From Acidimicrobiales bacterium (GTDB lineage Bacteria > Actinomycetota > Acidimicrobiia > Acidimicrobiales > Aldehydirespiratoraceae), in the NCBI GenBank assembly GCA_029263235.1, contig JAJCXW010000013.1:1-55716 (forward strand): a stretch of DNA of 55,716 nt, in the 5' to 3' direction. Every line of letters starts with the position of its first letter. Within the stretch, counting starts at the first letter, position 1. The translations under genes were made by a program, and so were the position numbers. Under the pieces are notes generated by a model. It saw nothing but the letters and a program-made list of their open reading frames with translations. It was not told where the DNA came from and made no database searches. Below are positions 41,165 through 48,038 of the stretch, one piece after another.

Positions 41165-41959
41165 TCAGGACTCGGTCTCGCCGGCGACCATCTGACGCAT
41201 CAGCTCGTCGAATCCGGCCGGATCCGTTGTCGCCACCTGGTAGGCGAGCTCGGCATCATCGGTCGGGAATGCCATTCGTTCCCGGGCCGCCACCGCGGCG
41301 TGGATCACGTCGGCAACATCGTCGGGCTCGGCCTCCTGCCCGGTGGTGCGACGAGGGCCGGTGTAGCTGCGTTTCCCGAGCATGTGGTCCTCGATGTCGG
41401 TCCGCACGAACGACGGGCAGACCACAGTCACCGACACTCCATCGGGCAGGACCTCGACTCGAAGGGTGTCGAAGAACCCATGAAGGGCGTGCTTCGAGGC
41501 CGAATAGGCCGACCGCAGCGACAGCGGAGCGAAACCGGCCACACTCGACAGCACGACGATGCGGCCACGGCGCTCGACCAGAGAGGGGAGGAATGCCGCC
41601 GTGCAGTTGACCGACCCGAAGAAGTTGATCTCGACCACCCGTCGGAAGACCGCGAGATCAGTGTCGGCGAACGGGCTGAGATGACTCACTCCAGCGTTGT
41701 TGATGAGCACATCGATCCCGCCCCAGGTGTCGGCCACGACCCGCGCCGCGGCCTGACACTCGTCCTCCGACGTCACATCGAAGTCGATGGTGAGGACCCT
41801 CTCTTCCTCATGCAGGTCATCGGCGAGTGATCTCAGACCGTCGGCGTCCACATCCAGTAGGGCCACTCTCGCCCCGCCGGCCAGGTAGCGGCGGGCCAGA
41901 GCGCTGCCGATGCCGCCCGCTGCTCCGGTTATCACGACAACGTCACCAAGCTCACTCAT
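41165..41959 (-). CDS. SDR family oxidoreductase
   Basis: TGAAGGIG, NNAG, YSASK. Confidence 0.9.
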   Translation of the reverse strand: MSELGDVVVITGAAGGIGSALARRYLAGGARVALLDVDADGLRSLADDLHEEERVLTIDFDVTSEDECQAAARVVADTWGGIDVLINNAGVSHLSPFADTDLAVFRRVVEINFFGSVNCTAAFLPSLVERRGRIVVLSSVAGFAPLSLRSAYSASKHALHGFFDTLRVEVLPDGVSVTVVCPSFVRTDIEDHMLGKRSYTGPRRTTGQEAEPDDVADVIHAAVAARERMAFPTDDAELAYQVATTDPAGFDELMRQMVAGETES

Positions 41960-42014
41960 CGGAATCCCTCTCGGCCATCCACTGTTGAGGCATTCGATCG
42001 CGTAAACATTGCCC

Positions 42015-42425
42015 ATGACCACTTCAGGTGAAATCGACTGGACCCAACTGCTCCAACAAGCCACGGAAGCAGCCAGCCACGCCTACGCCCCCTACTCCGA
42101 CTTTCCGGTCGGGGCCGCCGGGCTGACCGACGACGGGCGCATCGTCACTGGCTGCAACGTGGAGAACGCCTCCTACGGACTCGGTCTGTGTGCAGAGTGC
42201 GGGATGGTGTCGCACCTTCATCAGAGCGGTGGCGGACGACTCATTGCCATGGTCGCTGCCAATCCCGAGGGCGACAAGCTGGCCCCTTGTGGACGCTGCC
42301 GGCAGCTTCTCCATGAGGCCGGCGGGGGTTCGCTCCTGGTCGACACCGAGTCGGGGGCACGACCGCTGCGCGAGTTGCTCGTCGATGCCTTCGGGCCCGA
42401 AGACCTCGACGCCCGGAAGGGCTGA
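42015..42425 (+). CDS. cdd: Cytidine deaminase
   Basis: AYAPYS.FPVGAA, GCNVENASY, CAEC, PCGRCRQ. Confidence 0.93.
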   Translation: MTTSGEIDWTQLLQQATEAASHAYAPYSDFPVGAAGLTDDGRIVTGCNVENASYGLGLCAECGMVSHLHQSGGGRLIAMVAANPEGDKLAPCGRCRQLLHEAGGGSLLVDTESGARPLRELLVDAFGPEDLDARKG

Positions 42426-42431
42426 TCCGAT

Positions 42432-43700
42432 ATGGAGATGGTCGACCTGATCAAGACCAAGCGCGACGGTCACCGCCTTGCCGATGATCAGATCAACTGG
42501 TTCATCCAACGATTCGCCACCGGCGAGATCCCCGACGAACAGGCCGCCGCCCTCGCCATGACCATCTATTTCCGGGGCATGGAGCCCGAAGAGCTCAACG
42601 TCTGGACCCAGGCGATGATCGACTCGGGCGACACCCTCGATCTATCCGGAGTTGGCCGGCCCACCGTCGACAAGCACTCCACGGGGGGCGTGGGCGACAA
42701 AGTCTCTCTCATCCTCGTTCCTCTGGTGGCAGCATGCGGAGCAGCGGTGCCACAGTTGTCCGGGCGGGGCCTCGGCCACACCGGAGGAACCCTCGACAAG
42801 CTCGAGGCAATCTCGGGTTGGAGAGCCGAGATGACGGCGGGCACCATGGTCTCGCAGCTACGCGAGGTCGGCGGAATCATCGCCGGAGCCAGCGCCGACA
42901 TCGCCCCGGCTGATCGTCGGATGTATGCGCTCCGCGATGTCACCTCAACCGTCGACTCCATCCCGCTGATCGCCAGTTCGATCATGTCGAAGAAGATCGC
43001 CGAGGGCACAGATGCTCTGGTGCTCGACGTGAAGTACGGAGCCGGAGCATTCCTGAGAGAGATCGACAAGGCACGTGAGGCCGCCGAAACGATGGTTCGC
43101 ATCGGCAACGACCATGGCGTTCGCACCGCGGCCCTGATCACCAACATGGACACGGTGTTGGGTCGATCGGCTGGCAACGCCGTGGAGGTGCAGGAGTCGA
43201 TCGACGTGCTGGAGGGCGGCGGACCGGCCGACCTGCTGGAGGTGACGTTGGCGCTCGCCGACGAGATGCTCCAACTTGCCGGACTCGACGCCGATCCCGC
43301 CGAGGTCCTCGCGTCGGGCCGAGCCCGTGAGGTGTTCGACCAGATGATCGCTGCTCAAGGCGGCGACCTCTCAGTCGAGTTGCCCCAGGCCGCCCACCGT
43401 ACGACCGTTGATGCGACGGAGTCGGGCTACATCACCCGACTCGACGCTCTTTCGGTCGGGATCGCGGCGTGGCGACTCGGCGCCGGGCGGGCACGAAAGG
43501 AGGATCCGGTCAGCGCGGTGGCCGGCGTGATCTGCCTGCGCAAGCCGGGAGAGCGGGTGAGTGCAGGCGAGCCGCTGCTGGAGCTACGCACCGACGATCC
43601 CGAGCGATTCACCGATGCTCGGGCCGCCCTCGGCGAGGCGATCGACATCGGCCCCGAGCCGCGCTCCAGCTCACCTCTGGTGGCCGATATCATCCGCTGA
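42432..43700 (+). CDS. deoA: Thymidine / pyrimidine-nucleoside phosphorylase
   Basis: DKHSTGGVGDK, SGRGLGHTGGTLDKLE, YALRDVT, SIMSKK. Confidence 0.95.
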   Translation: MEMVDLIKTKRDGHRLADDQINWFIQRFATGEIPDEQAAALAMTIYFRGMEPEELNVWTQAMIDSGDTLDLSGVGRPTVDKHSTGGVGDKVSLILVPLVAACGAAVPQLSGRGLGHTGGTLDKLEAISGWRAEMTAGTMVSQLREVGGIIAGASADIAPADRRMYALRDVTSTVDSIPLIASSIMSKKIAEGTDALVLDVKYGAGAFLREIDKAREAAETMVRIGNDHGVRTAALITNMDTVLGRSAGNAVEVQESIDVLEGGGPADLLEVTLALADEMLQLAGLDADPAEVLASGRAREVFDQMIAAQGGDLSVELPQAAHRTTVDATESGYITRLDALSVGIAAWRLGAGRARKEDPVSAVAGVICLRKPGERVSAGEPLLELRTDDPERFTDARAALGEAIDIGPEPRSSSPLVADIIR

Positions 43701-43770
43701 ACCAAACCCGACCGACAACCGGCGACGTGATGGGGTCAGGTTTGCGGCAGCGGTTGTCGATGGGAGATGC

Positions 43771-44346
43771 GTGACGAGTTCGCCAACAGTGGTGTCGATT
43801 TCAACGATCAACGCTGCGCAGGAAGGCGACCGCGAAGCCCTGGGAACGATCTTTCGGGCCTACCAGCCGGCCCTGCTCCGCTACATCAAGGCCCGAGCCG
43901 CAGGGATGGCCGAAGATGTCGCCTCACAGACCTGGGTGTCGGTAGCCGCTTCGATCCAGAACTTCCGCGGCGACGGCGAAGCCCTCAGGGGCTGGATCAT
44001 CACGATCGGACGACGTCGCCTGATCGACGAGTTCCGCCGGCAGGGAAGACGCCCCGAGGACCCCGGCGACCTTCCCGACATCGTCGACGAGCTGACCCCC
44101 GAAGACGCCGTGCTGTCGTCGGCGGAGTGGGCGCAGAAACTGATCTCCGAACTGCCGGCCCAGCAAGCCGATGTCGTTCTGCTCAGGGTCATCGGTGGAT
44201 TGAGCGTCGAGGAGGTCGCTGAAGAGACCGGCCTCACCCGCGCCAATGTGAGGGTCCTGTCTCATCGGGGACTCGCCCGGCTCCAGGAGCTCCTCACTGA
44301 CGGACGCTCCGACGGCGAGGTCGAGGAATTCTCGAGCTTGGTGTAA
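43771..44346 (+). CDS. ECF RNA polymerase sigma factor (SigD/ECF39-40-like)
   Basis: AEDVASQTW, WIITIGRRRLID, LRVIGGLSVEEVA..NVRVLSHRGL. GGGAG upstream of GTG 43771. Confidence 0.88.
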   Translation: MTSSPTVVSISTINAAQEGDREALGTIFRAYQPALLRYIKARAAGMAEDVASQTWVSVAASIQNFRGDGEALRGWIITIGRRRLIDEFRRQGRRPEDPGDLPDIVDELTPEDAVLSSAEWAQKLISELPAQQADVVLLRVIGGLSVEEVAEETGLTRANVRVLSHRGLARLQELLTDGRSDGEVEEFSSLV

Positions 44347-44368
44347 CGCCACCGGCCCGGCCGGCGAT
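44343..44368 (+). promoter_or_regulatory. Putative ECF promoter GTAAC-N17-CGAT overlapping the sigma stop codon
   Basis: GTAAC at 44343-44347 and CGAT at 44365-44368, 9 nt before GTG 44378. Resembles the actinobacterial SigD-type consensus. Confidence 0.5.
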
Positions 44369-44377
44369 ACACCAAGC

Positions 44378-45361
44378 GTGACCGAACACGAGATCGACCC
44401 ATTCACCTCTGAACGAATCCTCGACGCCGCCTCCCGGGGCGAAGCGGTCGAAGGCTCCGACGGGCTGAGCGCTCTGCTCAGCTCGCTGCACGACCCCGCG
44501 TCGACAGCCGAGGCATCCACCACCCTGCCCGCCGCCGCTGTTGTCGCACCTCGACACCACTCGATCGGCCGCGTCACACGGCGCACGGCCGTGGCGGCTT
44601 CAGTCGCCCTGTTCGCCCTCACCGGAGCAGCTGCTGCGGTCACCGGCGGCACCGCACTCCTCGACCCGATACTCGGGTCCGATGCTCCAGAGGTCACCGA
44701 CGAGCCGGTGGAGATAGATCCGAGCGATGGCCTGTCCGATGAGGAACTCGCTCTCTTGTGCGAGACCGCAACGAGTCACGGCGAGTACGTCTCTGCGGTA
44801 GCCCGCGACACGATCACCGAGGGCTCTCACAGCAAACGAGTCGCCGCCGCCGCCCAATCCGACTGCGGCAAGACCACCGACGACCCCGATGCCGATCCCA
44901 TTCCAGATGTCGACGTAGACGTCGTTGTCGATGTCGAAGCCGGCGATGAGGTCCCCGACCCCGACGAGCCGATCGTGGTCGACGCGACCGACGGGCTGTC
45001 CGATGAAGAACTCGAGGTCCTGTGTGAGGAGGCCCGCAACCACGGCGAGTACGTCTCCGCCGTCGCTCGCGACAAGATCACCGAGGGCGCCCACAGCCGC
45101 CGAGTCACCGCCGCCGCCCAATCCGACTGCGGCAAGACCACCGACGACCCCGATACTGATCCCGATGTCGACGTGGACGTCGATGTCGTCGTACCTGCTG
45201 ACACCGTCGCCCCCGAAGTCACCGTTGAGGTCACCGTGGAGGTCACCGTCAATAGCGACGGGACCACCGAGGACACCAACGATCTCGGTTCGGGCAACGG
45301 CAAGTCCAACGGCCAGGGCAATGGTCGAGGCAACGGTCAGGGCAACAACAGCACCGATTGA
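44378..45361 (+). CDS. Putative anti-sigma: single TM helix plus two Cys/His repeats
   Basis: Directly downstream of the ECF gene. Basic stretch then TM helix (RRTAVAASVALFALTGAAAA), duplicated 55-aa unit, VD/VT repeats, GN-rich tail. Confidence 0.65.
   Translation: MTEHEIDPFTSERILDAASRGEAVEGSDGLSALLSSLHDPASTAEASTTLPAAAVVAPRHHSIGRVTRRTAVAASVALFALTGAAAAVTGGTALLDPILGSDAPEVTDEPVEIDPSDGLSDEELALLCETATSHGEYVSAVARDTITEGSHSKRVAAAAQSDCGKTTDDPDADPIPDVDVDVVVDVEAGDEVPDPDEPIVVDATDGLSDEELEVLCEEARNHGEYVSAVARDKITEGAHSRRVTAAAQSDCGKTTDDPDTDPDVDVDVDVVVPADTVAPEVTVEVTVEVTVNSDGTTEDTNDLGSGNGKSNGQGNGRGNGQGNNSTD
44726..45154 (+). repeat. Intragenic direct repeat, 2 x 165 bp (44726-44890 and 44990-45154)
   Basis: DGLSDEELALLCETATSHGEYVSAVARDTITEGSHSKRVAAAAQSDCGKTTDDPD versus DGLSDEELEVLCEEARNHGEYVSAVARDKITEGAHSRRVTAAAQSDCGKTTDDPD. 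Confidence 0.92.
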
Positions 45362-45403
45362 GCAATCGGGGACGAAGATCCGTTCATCTCGGGTTTCGTT
45401 CTC

Positions 45404-45741
45404 ATGCGATCCAGAACCGTTGTAGCGGTAGTTGCCGGAACGCTGGCCACCACCGCCATTGCCCCCACCATCAAGCTCAAGCGCGACGAGGTCGAGGCCG
45501 CGGTGCCATCAGCCGAGCTGATGGCCCTGCTTCGGCAGCGCTTCACCGAACACGGCGGGTCGACAACCGTCGCCCACACCGGTGAGTTCCGACTACGGGC
45601 GGAATCTGGAGCGCCCTTTTGGCAGTGGGGCCAGTGAAGCACGCCTTCGAGACCCACGTTCACGAGCACATGATCGAGATGGCTCTGACGGTCAGCGACC
45701 AATCGGATGCCACACCGTCTTCATCTCACAGAAGTCAGTGA
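45404..45741 (+). pseudogene. Frameshifted small gene (or assembly indel)
   Basis: Adding one G at 45597-45599 joins ..HTGEFRLR to GGIWSALLAVGPVKHAFETHVHEHMIEM.., with the stop at 45739-45741. Confidence 0.45.
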
Positions 45742-46540
45742 TCGACTGAGGACTCTCGTCGCCGACGCTGCCACGCACGACCCTCTTGACGTTGGTGGCG
45801 GCCTCATCAAGAACCGCAGGATCGAGATCGTCGGAGGCTCCGGTGAGATCGACAGCGTTGACATCGCTGTGACCGAGCATCCATGGCAGTAGTTCGTTCC
45901 TGGTGCCGGTGAGCATGTTGACCACCCCACCCGGGACATCCGATGTGGCGATCACCTCCGACAGGCTGATAGCCGGTAGCGGCGAGGTCTCGCTCGGGAT
46001 CACCACCGCGGTGTTGCCGCCCACCAAGACCGGGGCAAGGCGAGACACCAAGCCGAGAAGCGCAGGCTGATCAGGGGCGACGACCCCGACCACTCCGGTG
46101 GGTTCGGGCACGGTGAAATTGAAGAACGGTCCGGCCACCGGGTTGACGGTGCCCACGATGTGCTGGAACTTGTCGCACCAGCCCGCGTACCAGACCCACA
46201 GGTCGATGGCCTGCTCAACCTCGCGTCGAGCCGCCCGCTGCTCCACTCCACAAGTGCGCAGCTCGGCCGCGAACTGCGACCGGCGGCCCTCCATCACTTC
46301 GGCCACCCGGTAGAGAATCTGGCCTCGGTTGTAGGCGGTGCGACCAGCCCAGCCGCTCTGAGCCGACCGGGCGGCACGAACTGCATCACGCAGGTCCTTG
46401 CGAGAGGCCTTGGCCACGTTGGCAACGAACTCTCCCTCGACCGAGGACACCACTGTGGTGCGTCCCGATTCCGAACGGGGGAAGGCCCCGCCGATGAACA
46501 GCTTGTAGGTCTTTTGAACATCGAGTCGTTCGGCCATCAC
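45692..46540 (-). CDS. Truncated aldehyde dehydrogenase-like protein (NAD-binding domain only)
   Basis: KLFIGG.FPRSESGR, PEPTGVVG, GGVVN.LTG, C-terminal EMKTVWHPIG. No ELGGK motif and no catalytic Cys domain. Confidence 0.85.
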   Translation of the reverse strand: MMAERLDVQKTYKLFIGGAFPRSESGRTTVVSSVEGEFVANVAKASRKDLRDAVRAARSAQSGWAGRTAYNRGQILYRVAEVMEGRRSQFAAELRTCGVEQRAARREVEQAIDLWVWYAGWCDKFQHIVGTVNPVAGPFFNFTVPEPTGVVGVVAPDQPALLGLVSRLAPVLVGGNTAVVIPSETSPLPAISLSEVIATSDVPGGVVNMLTGTRNELLPWMLGHSDVNAVDLTGASDDLDPAVLDEAATNVKRVVRGSVGDESPQSITDFCEMKTVWHPIGR

Positions 46541-48036
46541 GAGCGTCCCTTCATCGGTGAGAGTGAAAGGTAGGGAGCGAGGCCGTGCAGGCCGCCCTCT
46601 CGGCCGAAGCCGCTCTCTTTGTAGCCACCGAAGGGGCTGGTCGGGTCGAACTGATTGAACGTGTTGGCCCAGATCACACCGGCATCGAGCCGGTCGGCCA
46701 TCCAGAGGATCTTCGAACCCTTCTCGGTCCAGATCCCCGCCGACAATCCGTAGGGGGTGTTGTTGGCCTTGGCGACCGCTTCCTCGGGAGTACGGAAGGT
46801 GAGAACCGAAAGCACCGGCCCGAACACTTCCTCTCGGGCGACTCGATGGGTCTGTTCGACGTTGCTGAGGATGGTCGGACGATAGAAGAAGCCACGATCA
46901 GGGAGAGAACAGTCGGGCTGGAAGAGCTCGGCACCCTCCCTCACTCCAACCTCCACGAGCTCAGAGATCTTGGCCAGCTGCTGCGACGAGTTGATGGCTC
47001 CGACATCGGTGTTCTTGTCGAGGGGATCCCCGACTCTCACCGTGGAGAGCCTTCGCTTCAGTCGATCGACGAACGAATCGGCGATGGATTCCTGTACCAG
47101 CAAGCGGGAACCGGCACAGCAGACATGCCCCTGATTGAAGTAGATGCCGTTGATGACTCCCTCGACGGCCTGGTCGATGGCGGCGTCCTCGAACACGATG
47201 TGGGCAGCCTTGCCTCCCAGCTCAAGGGTGACGGGCACGTTGCGGGCCAGCGCGGTGCGCTGGATCTGCTTTCCGACCGCTGTCGACCCGGTGAAGGCCA
47301 ACTTGTCGACATCACGATGCTCGACGAGAGCGGCGCCGGTTTCGCCGGCACCAGTGACGATGTTGACCACACCGGGCGGCAGACCGACGTCCTGCATCAG
47401 CTCACCCAGCAACAGCGCGGTGAGCGGTGTGGTCTCGGCCGGCTTCAGCACCACGGTGTTGCCGGCAGCCAACGCCGGGGCCAGCTTCCATGAGGCCATC
47501 ATCATCGGGAAGTTCCACGGGATGATCTGGCCAACCACACCCCTCGAGTCGTGGCGACGACCCGGATAGGCGTAGTCGAGCTTGTCGGCCCACCCGGCGT
47601 AGTAGAAGAAATGCGCCGCGGCGAGAGGGATGTCGATGTCGCGGCTTTCCTTGATCGGCTTGCCGCCGTCGAGGGTCTCCAGGACTGCGAACTCCCGGGC
47701 TCGTTCCTGGAGTTGGCGGGCGATCCGGAACATGTACTTGGCTCGTTCCTTCCCGGGCATCGAACCCCAGACATCGGTGTGGGCACGGCGGGCCGCCGAC
47801 ACGGCACGGTCGACATCGGCCGCCGAAGCCGAAGCCACGTTGGCGAGGTGTTGCTCGGTCGAGGGCGAGATCGTCGGGAAGTAGCCACCGTCGATCGGTT
47901 CCACGAACTCGCCGCCGATGAACAGCCCGTAGTCGTCGTCGATCGAAACGATCGATGTGGATTCGGGCGCCGGGGCGTAGTCGAGGCCGAAGCCGTGGGA
48001 CGGTTCGACAGGTTCGGGGTGTTTGTTGTCGGTCAC
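46537..48036 (-). CDS. Aldehyde dehydrogenase (probably acting on acetaldehyde)
   Basis: IIPWNFP, KPAE, FTGS, LELGGK, FNQGHVCCAG, EEVFGP, PFGGYKESG. Start set at GTG 48036. Confidence 0.92.
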   Translation of the reverse strand: MTDNKHPEPVEPSHGFGLDYAPAPESTSIVSIDDDYGLFIGGEFVEPIDGGYFPTISPSTEQHLANVASASAADVDRAVSAARRAHTDVWGSMPGKERAKYMFRIARQLQERAREFAVLETLDGGKPIKESRDIDIPLAAAHFFYYAGWADKLDYAYPGRRHDSRGVVGQIIPWNFPMMMASWKLAPALAAGNTVVLKPAETTPLTALLLGELMQDVGLPPGVVNIVTGAGETGAALVEHRDVDKLAFTGSTAVGKQIQRTALARNVPVTLELGGKAAHIVFEDAAIDQAVEGVINGIYFNQGHVCCAGSRLLVQESIADSFVDRLKRRLSTVRVGDPLDKNTDVGAINSSQQLAKISELVEVGVREGAELFQPDCSLPDRGFFYRPTILSNVEQTHRVAREEVFGPVLSVLTFRTPEEAVAKANNTPYGLSAGIWTEKGSKILWMADRLDAGVIWANTFNQFDPTSPFGGYKESGFGREGGLHGLAPYLSLSPMKGRS

Positions 48037-48038
48037 GA

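Noticed and set aside
44726-45154. Direct repeats as a CRISPR array or mobile-element ends
   Set aside because: Only two 165-bp in-frame coding copies, with no spacers, cas genes or transposase.
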